A DNA stretch of 25,197 bases from a virus (lineage: Duplodnaviria; Caudoviricetes), in IMG/VR virus record IMGVR_UViG_3300006879_000020, positions 1 to 25,197 of that record; one strand, 5' to 3'. Each line of letters opens with the position of its first letter. Position 1 is the stretch's first letter. The notes beneath the pieces are model-generated. The model worked only from the letters and a program-made list of their open reading frames with translations, made no database searches and had not been told where the DNA came from. This document shows positions 1 to 9,624 of this stretch, piece after piece. Both the position numbers and the translations under genes were made by a program.

Positions 1-1663
1 CTGCAACGCTCTCGTACGACTTGGCAAGTTTATCGGCTTGTTTAGCTTCATTTTCAAATACTCGCGCCCGCTGCTCGGCATAATCCGCCACAGTCATTCC
101 CGTATGCGAAGATGACATCTGAGCGGCGGAAGCCACGTATCCACCCGCTCCAAACTCCTGGGTTTCGCGCGCATTCCGAGCTTTTTCCCGGCTGGTTTCG
201 GCATTATTCCGCTCTTTGATGGCTTTTTGATACTGCTCGATCGCCAATTCTCTGGCGGCGGCAGCCTTTGCCTGCTGTTTGAGAGCCTCAATTACTTTCG
301 GCGAATTTTCGACAAAGGCACTTTGCGCATCATCGGCATCCTGAATCGAAATACCGAGCTTCGTGAACTCCGATTGATTTTCCTTGATCCACTTCCGCTG
401 CTCGTCAGCCCCACCCTTCATGGCTTTCCACTCGCGTTGCAATTCTTTGTAACGAAGCAGGTTATCAGCTAAAGTTTTCGAGTTCTCCGACACGGCTTTA
501 TTCACATCCCCGAACATCTGCGTAGCAGTTCGCATCTTGGGGGTACCACCGAACAGCTGAGAGAAAAAGTTCCCGATCTCCTTGCCGTAAGCGGTCACCA
601 GCGTAATACCCACAACAAGTGCAGTTTGCCATGATACTATTGATTTCAGCAACTGTTTCCAAACCGGAACACCTTTCTGCCCGGATGCCAACAGTGCCTC
701 ATTGGCAATTCGCGCACGATGCACCTCGTCAATAAGCATCGGCAGGTTGTTGGAGATCGCCAGAAAGAATTGCCGAAGCGACATTGTCAGCGACGGCAAT
801 TCGCGCGCTACCTGCTGAACCTGATATTGCAGCGGAGTGAATGCGCCGCCATAGTTTCCGACATTCCGCTGGTAGTTTCCGATCGAAGCGTCCAATTTCT
901 TCATTTTGGAATCGAGCAAGCCGATGTTCTTGCGTGTAGCTTCACCCAGGGGCGAATTACGCTCGGCAGCCGTCATATCGCGGTAGGCCATACGAAGCCG
1001 GCCGAGCAGTTGCGACATCTCGTTCATCGAGCCGCCCGCGGCCTGCATCTGTTTCGTTTCGGCATTCAGGGACTGTTGCAACTGCGCAGAGGCCGTTTTG
1101 TGCTCCTGCTCGGCACGGATGATCCTCTCGCGCCGTGTCGCAGCCTCTTCGGCTGTAAGCATGCCGTCCTTTTCCACTTTGGCGAGGTTGGCCTTCTGCT
1201 GGCGCAATTTCGCCAACGCGGCCTGTTCGGCGGCAAGCTGCTTGATGACCTCAGCCCGGGTGCCGAGTATTCCTTCGACAATCTCGTTAAGCTCCTGCGT
1301 CGTTTTCGCCTCGGCCTGTGTGGCCTTGGTTTCTTCCTGCGTGGCCGAAGTCAATTCTGCTTTCTGCCGGCGGAGCGCAACGATCTCGCTTTCGAGTGCG
1401 GCGGCCTCCTTCTTCATCTCCTTGTAGGAGCGGGAAAGCCGGTCGGCCTCGACGGCAGCCTCCTGCGCCGCACGCTTTTGTTCGTCGGTCGTGCCGCTCA
1501 GCTTACGCAGGCTCTGATCCAGGGTGTTCGCCTTTTTCTGTATCTCGTCGATCGACTTGACGTACTTGTCGCGCAGCCGCTCCAGATCAGCAATCAGTTT
1601 GTCGATCGTGCCGTCGTCCTGGAACAGATCGCCGGTCTTTATCGGGTTGTTCACCTCAGCCAT
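1..1663 (-). CDS. Tail tape measure protein, N-terminal part (runs off the window start)
   Basis: Manual translation from ATG 1663 (MAEVNNPIKTGDLFQDDG...) appears open to base 1. It is Ala/Glu/Lys/Gln-rich and helical, contains IGNYQRNVGNY and QVARELPSL...FFLAISNNLPML motifs typical of Bacteroidales phage tape measures, and follows the tail chaperone. It is missing from the ORF track because it has no stop in the window. Confidence 0.9.
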   Translation of the reverse strand, partial: MAEVNNPIKTGDLFQDDGTIDKLIADLERLRDKYVKSIDEIQKKANTLDQSLRKLSGTTDEQKRAAQEAAVEADRLSRSYKEMKKEAAALESEIVALRRQKAELTSATQEETKATQAEAKTTQELNEIVEGILGTRAEVIKQLAAEQAALAKLRQQKANLAKVEKDGMLTAEEAATRRERIIRAEQEHKTASAQLQQSLNAETKQMQAAGGSMNEMSQLLGRLRMAYRDMTAAERNSPLGEATRKNIGLLDSKMKKLDASIGNYQRNVGNYGGAFTPLQYQVQQVARELPSLTMSLRQFFLAISNNLPMLIDEVHRARIANEALLASGQKGVPVWKQLLKSIVSWQTALVVGITLVTAYGKEIGNFFSQLFGGTPKMRTATQMFGDVNKAVSENSKTLADNLLRYKELQREWKAMKGGADEQRKWIKENQSEFTKLGISIQDADDAQSAFVENSPKVIEALKQQAKAAAARELAIEQYQKAIKERNNAETSREKARNARETQEFGAGGYVASAAQMSSSHTGMTVADYAEQRARVFENEAKQADKLAKSYESVA

Positions 1664-1670
1664 GATAATG

Positions 1671-2426
1671 TCAGTTTACTCGTCTTCGTAATTTCTTGGC
1701 CTCGTTTTTCATGTATGCGAGGGCCTGGTAAAATTCCAGCACCGTCATGTCCCGGGCGTCCATCTTCATGGACTTCGAAACGAGCAGCATGATGTCGGTG
1801 TAGTTCTTGTCGAACATCACGTCGGCGCCTTTGGTCGTCGAAAACGCCTGCGGCGGGTTCTGCATCAGGATGAAATCGTCGATGCGTCCGATGTCCTCCG
1901 AGGCATCCTGTCCCGCGGTTATTTCCGAAAGCACCAGCCGCGTACGCCGGATGATCCTCTCCGTCGCGTCTTTTTCATGCACGTCGTTAAACGTAGCCGG
2001 GAAATAAACAGAAAGGTCTTCGCTGATTTTTTTTTTGATCGCCTCGGCGAGCCGGGAGATCACGGTGTGTTTCACATCGGCCAGCAGGGCCAGCGTTTCG
2101 TTCAGCCCCTCGTCGCTCAGGTCGTCGCGCGGCCGGCCGTCGACCTCCGCTACCAGCGCAGCAAAGGCCATATGCCGGGGCGATACGCCCTGCACGATAT
2201 AGTACAGGTTGTTGCGCATGTTCTCCAGCTCCTGCAAAGCCTTCGCGGGGTCTTTGGGGATATACGATGCGATCCGTGCCATGTGGACATCCACGTCCGA
2301 GAAGTCCGATCCGATACCCGTGTCGTACAGCAGGCATTTGTTGAACCGCTGGAAGCGCCTGATCGGCATTTCGTCCACACCCTCGTATAGTTTCACGGTG
2401 TGCCCGCGGAATTGTTCCGTTCTCAT
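1671..2426 (-). CDS. Putative tail assembly chaperone
   Basis: Starts MRTEQFRGHTV at an ATGA overlap with the upstream gene and lies directly before the tape measure. C-terminus DARDMTVLEFYQALAYM resembles gpT-like chaperone ends. Internal A10 run at 2027-2036. Confidence 0.65.
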   Translation of the reverse strand: MRTEQFRGHTVKLYEGVDEMPIRRFQRFNKCLLYDTGIGSDFSDVDVHMARIASYIPKDPAKALQELENMRNNLYYIVQGVSPRHMAFAALVAEVDGRPRDDLSDEGLNETLALLADVKHTVISRLAEAIKKKISEDLSVYFPATFNDVHEKDATERIIRRTRLVLSEITAGQDASEDIGRIDDFILMQNPPQAFSTTKGADVMFDKNYTDIMLLVSKSMKMDARDMTVLEFYQALAYMKNEAKKLRRRVN

Positions 2427-2680
2427 AGCAGCGCGCGGGTTATAGGGGTGGACATGAAGGGTATGAGCAGCAGCGCCGCATCCCACATAATAACCGCTGC
2501 GACGACGGACAAGACGACGGCCACCCACCAGGACAGGCAGTAGTCGCAGCTGAAAAGTTGCGACACGAACCGCGGCGCCGTGGCGACAACCAGCTCGCGC
2601 AGTCCGGTCGTGACGAGGAAGACGATTATGAATGCAGCAAAGAGTGCTACGCAGAACATAAGGCAAATAAAGGCTATCAT
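2423..2680 (-). CDS. Small membrane protein with CxxC (DUF1360-like)
   Basis: 85 aa with hydrophobic segments flanking LFSCDYCLSWW; stop overlaps the next start. Confidence 0.65.
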   Translation of the reverse strand: MIAFICLMFCVALFAAFIIVFLVTTGLRELVVATAPRFVSQLFSCDYCLSWWVAVVLSVVAAVIMWDAALLLIPFMSTPITRALL

Positions 2681-2693
2681 ATCAACTAATGGT

Positions 2694-3332
2694 TTAAATT
2701 ATTTTTTGCGGAACCCGGAGCAGCCGCCCCTCCGAATCCTTGAGTGCGCGTCCTTGGTTGTCGTAGAGTTGGTCGGTGGCAGCGGCAGGCACGCATTCTT
2801 CCGACAGTTCCAGTTCGCCTTCGACGGCGAAGCCCCCGTAAGGCACCATCAGGTACTGCGTGTCCACCTCGGAGAGGGTATAGCCGCGGTAGATGTTCTC
2901 GTGGCGCTCGTATACTTTCTCGACCCACAGCCCGCCGTCGGAAAGGGTCGTTTGCCCGAGCACGGCCAGCACGTCCATTTTCAGCTGCTCGCGGTTGCTC
3001 ACACCTGGCCCCCAGATCGTCCGCTCATCGAACCACACCACCAGACGGAACGGCGTGAAGAATTTGTTCGGCATGAAGCGGTTGTACTCCGGAAACCGGT
3101 AGGCGTCCGGCACGTCGAAGAAACTGAAATTTCCCAGGCGCGCATCGGGCAGCATCGACAGGTATTCCGTGTCACCGGTATAGATGGCCGGCATGTAGTA
3201 ATCGCGGCCCTGTATGCGTTTGACGATGCGCTGCGCCTTGCCGTAGGCGTGCGTAAGCCAGGAAACATTCGTTTCCAAAGCCGTTTGCAACTGCCCGAGC
3301 ACCTTGTCGAGCAAAACCGGATTTTCATTCAT
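2694..3332 (-). CDS. Putative tail completion/terminator protein
   Basis: 212-aa ORF coupled to the upstream gene (ATGA overlap) in the neck region; function from position only. Confidence 0.55.
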   Translation of the reverse strand: MNENPVLLDKVLGQLQTALETNVSWLTHAYGKAQRIVKRIQGRDYYMPAIYTGDTEYLSMLPDARLGNFSFFDVPDAYRFPEYNRFMPNKFFTPFRLVVWFDERTIWGPGVSNREQLKMDVLAVLGQTTLSDGGLWVEKVYERHENIYRGYTLSEVDTQYLMVPYGGFAVEGELELSEECVPAAATDQLYDNQGRALKDSEGRLLRVPQKII

Positions 3333-3784
3333 TTTCTATTGTTTATCGTTTCCACAAGTTTTTCACGCAGGAACGGCAGGATATACGACCGCGCCAGGTC
3401 GTCGAGGTTCTCGCGGTTCAGGCCGAATATCTCCTTTCCGTATTTGCGCACCAGATCGTCGGTTTTCCAGTCGGAGGCCGTGATCTCGAACCCATCGTCC
3501 ATATAGCGGATATAAAAACTACTTTCGAAATCGCCCGTATCGCGCAGCGTTACCCGGTTGTAGGGCTGGCCGCGGAGCCGCTTCTCCTCGACGGTGACCG
3601 GAGAATAGGGCTGATAGTCCGCGATAGACACGCCAAGGCGGTTTTCGCCCCTTTCGAACAGCTGCTCCTCGGCATTGGCGTCGATTACGACCGCCTCGTT
3701 CTCACGCACGCATTCGAGCACGTAAAAATCCTTGCGCTGCCTGAAATCACGAAGGGCATTTATCATGGACTGGATCGGGCTCAT
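3329..3784 (-). CDS. Putative neck protein (HK97 gp10-like / virion morphogenesis family)
   Basis: VTLRDTGDFESSF and YGKEIFGL motifs; position between head and tail genes; start taken at MSPIQS. Confidence 0.6.
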   Translation of the reverse strand: MSPIQSMINALRDFRQRKDFYVLECVRENEAVVIDANAEEQLFERGENRLGVSIADYQPYSPVTVEEKRLRGQPYNRVTLRDTGDFESSFYIRYMDDGFEITASDWKTDDLVRKYGKEIFGLNRENLDDLARSYILPFLREKLVETINNRK

Positions 3785-3850
3785 TGTTCTAAAGGTTTGC
3801 ATTTCCCCGGAGAGAAACACCTACTTTCGAGGGTTAAATTGTTCTTTTCG

Positions 3851-5155
3851 TCACATTCCAGCGACCGAGCCGTAACGCACGCCGCCATTGTGGCAAGGCA
3901 GGCAGATGCGCGACATCCCGGCCGTATCGAGTTGCAGGGACTTGTATGCCCGGGTCAAATCGGCGACCAAGCCCGAAGGCCGGCCGGCGGTGTTGCCCTC
4001 CAGTTCGAACAGGATGTCCGTCCGCGTGATGTTCGACTGGTTGCGGTTGATCCTCACATTGGGATTGTAGGCCATCGTACGCAGTGCGTTCACCGCAACC
4101 TGCTTAGCTACGACCTCCGCGAAGTTCATGCGCTGCTCGACGATGAAGTCGGTGTAGTCGCATTCGATAGTCACTTCGAGGTTCATCCCGTAATTGCGCG
4201 TATAGGTGTAGCCCATGCACGCTATGTCCCACAATTCGGGGTTCCGGGCAAAGTCCGCCTCTGCGCGGACGGCGAACGGGTAAATCTCCAGGTATTTGTG
4301 GATCATCTTCCACAACTCGTATTCCCCGCGCCGGCAGGCGCAAGGCTGTTGCGACCAATCGCGGTTCAGGTTCACGGCCTGCATTTCCGCGGGCAAGTCC
4401 GGCTGGTTGTAGCACACGTACCACGACCCGCCGGCATTCCCCTGCTGCAAATAGGGCAGGTAGCAGTCTTTCACCGGGAACCACTGATACCCGGCCTTGG
4501 CCTTCACGTCGAACTGGAAGGTATACACCGGTTTGAGCAGGCTCGAATGGAACACGTACACCGTTACCGGGCCACTGCCGGTCATTTGCAGGCCGATGCG
4601 CTCGATCTTCGTGGTGACACCCAATGCGCGGATCGGCACCACCTCGTACCCGACGACCTTGCCGGTGCTCTGGATCGCATCGGCAATACGCCCGGTGCCG
4701 TCGAAAAACGCCCGCTTGTCGAGCAGGCTCTTCGCCCTGTTATCGACCGCATGACCGTTGATGAAGGTCTGGACGGCCAACGCCACCCCCGACTGGCGGA
4801 TCGAGCGCAGGAATGCGGAAAACGGATCGTATTTCGACCAGTATTCGCCATCGGACAACGCGGCACCCGTGCTGTCCTGCAAAGCCTCGTACAAATCCTT
4901 ATTGTCCTGAGGGTTCGCAACGACATCCCCGGCCCGATATTGGAAACCGGCGTCGTAGACCGCGTAAGTCACGGCAGTCCGGTCGGGCATGCAATGGTAC
5001 AGGTTCTCCAGCGTCAGGAGCGGATGCACGTCCTGAAAGTAAAGGCCGCTGTCGGATTGCGTCAGGTCTTCGTCGATCCGGTAGGCCGGATTCGGGTCTT
5101 TGCGCCATCCGACGAGCCCCGCGAGCGCGCTCTGAATTTCGGGTATTCTATACAT
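3851..5155 (-). CDS. Virion structural protein (putative head-tail adaptor)
   Basis: 434-aa ORF immediately after the major capsid, ending in CLPCHNGGVRYGSV; precise function inferred only. Confidence 0.55.
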   Translation of the reverse strand: MYRIPEIQSALAGLVGWRKDPNPAYRIDEDLTQSDSGLYFQDVHPLLTLENLYHCMPDRTAVTYAVYDAGFQYRAGDVVANPQDNKDLYEALQDSTGAALSDGEYWSKYDPFSAFLRSIRQSGVALAVQTFINGHAVDNRAKSLLDKRAFFDGTGRIADAIQSTGKVVGYEVVPIRALGVTTKIERIGLQMTGSGPVTVYVFHSSLLKPVYTFQFDVKAKAGYQWFPVKDCYLPYLQQGNAGGSWYVCYNQPDLPAEMQAVNLNRDWSQQPCACRRGEYELWKMIHKYLEIYPFAVRAEADFARNPELWDIACMGYTYTRNYGMNLEVTIECDYTDFIVEQRMNFAEVVAKQVAVNALRTMAYNPNVRINRNQSNITRTDILFELEGNTAGRPSGLVADLTRAYKSLQLDTAGMSRICLPCHNGGVRYGSVAGM

Positions 5156-5163
5156 TTCCAGTT

Positions 5164-5200
5164 TAATAAGAACGGGGGCAGGGTACTACCCTACCCCCGT
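5164..5200 (-). terminator. Intrinsic terminator/attenuator after the major capsid gene
   Basis: Minus strand ACGGGGGTAGGGT-AGT-ACCCTGCCCCCGT forms a 13-bp stem with one G-U pair, followed by TCTTATT. Confidence 0.7.
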
Positions 5201-5221
5201 CGGTTGAACTTGTGTGGTCGA

Positions 5222-6343
5222 TTACGCTCCCGCCACCTCTTTCGTGTTCACGGGCGATTCGGTCGGATTGACTACCTGCACCGGAATCGTCGTCACGGGC
5301 GTCATGGTCGATTTCAGGATGTCGAACTTCATGATCGGGTTGGCGATCTCCGCAGGGTCGGAATTGTAAGCCACCATGTAGGCCACGTCTACCGAGAAGC
5401 CGTAGTACTCCTTGTGTACGCACTTCATGTCGGCCGAAGCAGCGCCGGCAATACCCGAGTAGTCGCCTACGCTGTCCTTGAAGAATGTACCGACGGGAAT
5501 GTTCAGGACGGGCAGCGTCGAGACATCCCACTCACCCATCGGGCCGAGGTCGGTACGACGCAGGGCTTCGCGATCCACGCGGAACAGCATCCCCACGTTG
5601 CCGTGCTCGACGGCATAACCGCTCGCATAGGCGCTGGATTCGTTGGCGACATTGTTCGTGAAGTGGAAAATCTTGTTCAGGTACTCGTTGCGCTTGTCTA
5701 CATCGTTGTAGAGACCGTGCTGCGCGAGTTTCGTCACGAGGGCCTGAATTCCTGCGTTGCCGACGATGTGCATGCGGCCGAAATAGTCGTTTGCAGCCAT
5801 CATCGCGTCGAAATCGGCAAGGGCATCCTCACGCTGCACCCACGGCACCTGCACCGAGTTTCCCGCCTGCGTGTAAGTCAGCAGTTCTTTGAACACCTGC
5901 GTTTTGTTGGCCGAAAGAGCCGCGACCGCACCGGCATCGAGCGTGTCGGCCAGCTTGTAGAGGTACTTCAGGAACTTGCGCTCCCAGTCCTTCTGGATTC
6001 TGATTTCGTTGTTGTCGTACAACGTCGGAACCATCGTGAATCCCCACGCATACGTTACGAAGGTAACGTTTACGAGTTTCGACGTATTCTCGTCGTCGGC
6101 GATGTCGCAGCTACGGACATTCGAAATGGTTACTTCACCGTCGTAGTCGATGACGGGGATTTGCACTTCGCGGCCGTTGGCGGCGAAAGCACGCTCTCGC
6201 AGTTCGTCGGTGATGATCCCATCGCGGGCATAGGACTGCTCGACGAACAGGTCAAGCGCACCGTAACGGGACGGGCGGGCCATATTCTTGTCGAGGTCGG
6301 AATTAACCCGCAGATTCTGCATTTTTGTTTCGATAAGAGACAT
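5222..6343 (-). CDS. Major capsid protein
   Basis: 373 aa, after a scaffold-like gene and before a terminator; strongly biased codon usage; GREVQIPVIDY-type segment. Confidence 0.8.
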   Translation of the reverse strand: MSLIETKMQNLRVNSDLDKNMARPSRYGALDLFVEQSYARDGIITDELRERAFAANGREVQIPVIDYDGEVTISNVRSCDIADDENTSKLVNVTFVTYAWGFTMVPTLYDNNEIRIQKDWERKFLKYLYKLADTLDAGAVAALSANKTQVFKELLTYTQAGNSVQVPWVQREDALADFDAMMAANDYFGRMHIVGNAGIQALVTKLAQHGLYNDVDKRNEYLNKIFHFTNNVANESSAYASGYAVEHGNVGMLFRVDREALRRTDLGPMGEWDVSTLPVLNIPVGTFFKDSVGDYSGIAGAASADMKCVHKEYYGFSVDVAYMVAYNSDPAEIANPIMKFDILKSTMTPVTTIPVQVVNPTESPVNTKEVAGA

Positions 6344-6371
6344 AATAAAAAAGTTAAATAGTTAATACTTT

Positions 6372-6392
6372 CGAAGCTGACCCTTTGCCCCG
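6372..6392 (-). promoter_or_regulatory. AAGGGU-loop RNA hairpin upstream of the major capsid gene
   Basis: CGGGGC-AAAGGGTCA-GCTTCG: 6-bp stem with two G-U pairs, 28 nt before the ATG. Confidence 0.6.
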
Positions 6393-6404
6393 TTGGTTAT
6401 CGTT

Positions 6405-7349
6405 TTATCTGAGAGGTAGCTCCTGGACTTTGTTCTCCGCCCGAATCTTACTGTGCTCATCTGTGAATTCGGGCGTCCCTTTCACGAACCCGTCACGGCA
6501 AAGCTGCTCGACGATCATCTCGTCGGCCTCTACCTGCGTACGGGCACCTCCGATGTCGTATCGGCTGCCGCCCGCATTCCCCGGCGTGGCTTTTGTCCCG
6601 GCACCGGCCTGCTTCTGTCCCTCGGCCAGAATACCGAGCGCCGAGAGTTTCTGCGTGAGCAGTTCGGTCGCGGTGAAAGGTTGCAGGCCGTTGGCCGGGT
6701 TGTTGAGCTGCACCCCGTTCTCGTCCTTGAAAACAAGCCGCTGCCCGCCGTTGCCGTCGGGGATGAACTCGGGTTTATGAGCCGTTTCCAGCTCCTTGAC
6801 GATGTTCTGCACGGCCAGGTCGGCCACAGCCTGCGGAATCTCGGGTTTGAACTTGAGCGCCGCGGCTGCTCCCTTGATCTCGTAGCCAATTTGCAGCGCG
6901 GTCATCTTCGATACGCTCTCTTTTGTCAGCTTATCCAGGTCGGCCTTCGTGTCAGCGTAGAGTTTTTTGGTGTTCTTCAGCTCGGCCTCCTTTGCAGCCA
7001 ACTGAGCCGAAAGGTCGCCGGCGCCCCCGGCCTTCAGTTGCTCTCTCAGCGCATCACGCTCGCCCGTCAGCGCGGTGACTTTCTGCTGGAACTCATCGGA
7101 CTTATCGGCTCGGCGCTTGATCTCGCCGGCCGCGCGCTTGAGGTAGTCGTAGGTCTTTTCCCCCTGCTGCTTGGCAATCCCGGTCGCTGCCAGGATGTCG
7201 GCATCGTAGTTGCCGTGCAGTTCTCCGATTTTGTTGCCGATGACGGTATTCTCGTCATTGCGAGAAAGTGTTTCGATCAGGCTGACCTGCTCGTCGGAAA
7301 GCCCCGCGAGGGATTCATTCGCCCGAAGCGTTTCTTTTGTAAGTGCCAT
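6405..7349 (-). CDS. Capsid scaffolding protein
   Basis: 314-aa charged coiled-coil protein with a Gly-rich C-terminal linker (QAGAGTKATPGNAGG), directly upstream of the capsid gene. Confidence 0.75.
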   Translation of the reverse strand: MALTKETLRANESLAGLSDEQVSLIETLSRNDENTVIGNKIGELHGNYDADILAATGIAKQQGEKTYDYLKRAAGEIKRRADKSDEFQQKVTALTGERDALREQLKAGGAGDLSAQLAAKEAELKNTKKLYADTKADLDKLTKESVSKMTALQIGYEIKGAAAALKFKPEIPQAVADLAVQNIVKELETAHKPEFIPDGNGGQRLVFKDENGVQLNNPANGLQPFTATELLTQKLSALGILAEGQKQAGAGTKATPGNAGGSRYDIGGARTQVEADEMIVEQLCRDGFVKGTPEFTDEHSKIRAENKVQELPLR

Positions 7350-7372
7350 AATTTATTTACCCTTTATAAATT
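7350..7372 (-). promoter_or_regulatory. AAGGGU-loop RNA hairpin abutting the scaffold start codon
   Basis: AATTTAT-AAAGGGTAA-ATAAATT: perfect 7-bp stem immediately followed by ATG. Confidence 0.6.
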
Positions 7373-7379
7373 CGTGTGA

Positions 7380-7766
7380 TTACTGCTCCTCCTCCGAATT
7401 TTTGTCGGACTGCCTCTCCCCCGCGCTCTCGTCCGGCTTCCCGTCGTCTTTCTTGGTTGCCGGTGCAGGTGCTTCTCCCGCACGGATGACCGTTACCGGC
7501 GTAGGAGTTGCCGGAAGTTGCGCCTCGGCCAACGTCTTCGCCGTGGGCATGTAGAGCAATTCGACCGTGTAGCCCTGCTTATAGAGCTGATCCTTGACTT
7601 TGGCGTACTCGCGGACGCCGAATTTCTGCATGCGGGGACGTGAGAGTTTCTGCCCCGTCCGTTTGTCGTAATTAGGCTGTTCCAGTGTTACGTGGACATA
7701 AGCCTCATCGCCCGGAGCCGGTTTAAACGGCTCCTGCGCCTTCCTTGTTTTGTTGTTCTGTGCCAT
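7380..7766 (-). CDS. Hypothetical head-module protein
   Basis: 128-aa ORF between portal and scaffold with a low-complexity C-terminus. Confidence 0.7.
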   Translation of the reverse strand: MAQNNKTRKAQEPFKPAPGDEAYVHVTLEQPNYDKRTGQKLSRPRMQKFGVREYAKVKDQLYKQGYTVELLYMPTAKTLAEAQLPATPTPVTVIRAGEAPAPATKKDDGKPDESAGERQSDKNSEEEQ

Positions 7767-9463
7767 AGTTTCTCAAAGCGTTAGTGATTCGTTGTATTTT
7801 GGTGTCGTGTGGAATGTTCACGCCGAAATCGACTACATTCATATTCTCCCGTTCGAAGCGTGAGATAAAGGCTGAAAAATTCAGTTTCACAGCCAAATCA
7901 GCCGGGTCGGCCAGCCCCTTGTCATTGAGTTCCAGCAACTCGCTGCGGGTCAGGTGGCGGTATGGTTCCAGCTCCGAAAGGATCATCATGCGTTGCAGTT
8001 GCAACGGATCGTTCCGGTACTCGGTTTCGATGATCTTGCGAGACAAGGCATCCAGCTCGGCGTCCGAGGCGCCCTGCTCCTTGGCCTTGGCGTAGCGGGC
8101 CCGAAGTTCCGATGCGGTAGTCAGGTAGAACTCAGTACCCCAGTCGACCGTCGCCGACGTGAAACCCGAACCGTAACGCAGGCGGCAGACCGTTTCATCA
8201 ACGAACCGCTGGGCATTTTCGAAATTACGCTTCACGGTCGTCAATACCGTCGTGCGGTTTTCGAAGGATGCCTCAACCTGCATTTCGTTGACGGCCTGCC
8301 CGTTGACCTCCTCGTTATCCACGCCGACACAGTTGCGGATGATATTCCGTTCCATGCGCTCTACCTCCTCGACATTGTAGTCGAGCGAATTGCGGTCGAC
8401 CGTCAGTATCTGCACCGGATTACGCAGGTCGGGGCCGTTCGGCTGCGGGACGGGAACCTCGACGAATGAGCCGGGGCCGCTGAGACGCTTGTTGCCGCAC
8501 ACCGGGCATCGCTCCACGGCACCGGTCGTCGGGATGATCTTGTAGTTCCCGTTTTTGTTACGCAGGAACCCGCCGTCGCAATAATCCCCCGAATCGTCGT
8601 TATGGAAATTGCAATCCATTTCGTAACCCGAATACACCGGATAAGGCGCATACAGATCGAGGCATTGCTTCGATATGGCAAAGAACAGATACCAGTCGAG
8701 CGCGGCAAGCTCCTTCGACAACGGGCTGCGCTTGATCTCCGGCTCGCGCAGATTCACAGGTGTCGTCCAGAAAAAGCGGGCGGGACAATAGCCCAGTGTG
8801 TGCGGGTTATTCACGAGCAGCTCCCCCACGTTGCCGTCCTTTCCCTTGGAACAGACGGTAGCGCTCCTCGTCGAAAACTGCGATCCGGTCGTCACCGACC
8901 TCGAAAATGATCCATTCGAAATTCGAGAAGCCTTGCTTCGTACGGTCGATCCGGAAGTCGATCACCCGCTCGATCGACAGCCAGTAGAAATACGGCTCGG
9001 GCAACTCTCCGGCCTGCACTTCGGGCACGTCCACGATCAGCACCGAGTTGATCCCCGTCTGAAAGTGTTCGAACCCGTCCGTCTGCCACACCGTAGGCTC
9101 GTCGAGCCTCTCGGCACGGTATTTCTCCCAATCGTCCCGCTGCGCATTGTCCCGGAATTGGTAGGAGAAAACCGGATTGCGCCCGTCGAATACGCGGCTG
9201 AGTTTGTCGAAAATAACCCCCGTCAATTCATTCGTCTTGACCGGAAATCGAAACAGCGAGAGGAACGTAACGAACTTGTCGTGCGGGATCAAACCTTCGA
9301 CCCAACCGAGGAACTGCGTTGCCATCGCGCCCATTCGGTACTGGTCAAGGTTCGTTTCCGCATGAAATCGGATGCGTTCCTGCTGCCGGATAGCCTTATG
9401 CTTCGTCCCGCCGTGGTGCGGCGTTCTTATCCGGTCGCGTATTTCTTCGATGCTCAATCCCAT
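7723..9463 (-). CDS. Portal protein, split by a 1-base insertion near 8840-8842
   Basis: ORFs 8807..9544 (true start MGLSIEE at 9463) and 7723..8895 join as ...YRLFQGKDGNVGELLVNNPHTLGYCPARFFW if one T of TTT 8840-8842 is removed, giving about 580 aa with an inserted Cys-rich segment. Located after the terminase. Confidence 0.8.
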
Positions 9464-9611
9464 TTGCAAGGGTGAATGTGAAGGGTGAATCTTCGGGTAA
9501 TTTCCAGCCGCCGTTGCGCGGCATGCGCAGGAGCCTTTCGGCATGCTCCATCGAGTACTCCCGCTTCATGCCGTCGGCGGTAACGAGCGTCACTTTCGTT
9601 TCGCGCTTCAT
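9396..9611 (-). CDS. Small hypothetical protein
   Basis: MKRETKVTLV...HAERLLRMPRNGGWKLPEDSPF, 71 aa, overlapping the portal start. Confidence 0.65.
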   Translation of the reverse strand: MKRETKVTLVTADGMKREYSMEHAERLLRMPRNGGWKLPEDSPFTFTLANGIEHRRNTRPDKNAAPRRDEA

Positions 9612-9624
9612 GGTTTCCGGGAAT

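Noticed and set aside
2427-2666. N-terminal extension of ORF 1671..2666
   Set aside because: It overlaps the membrane gene 2423..2680 in another frame; the ATGA-coupled start at 2426 is more credible.
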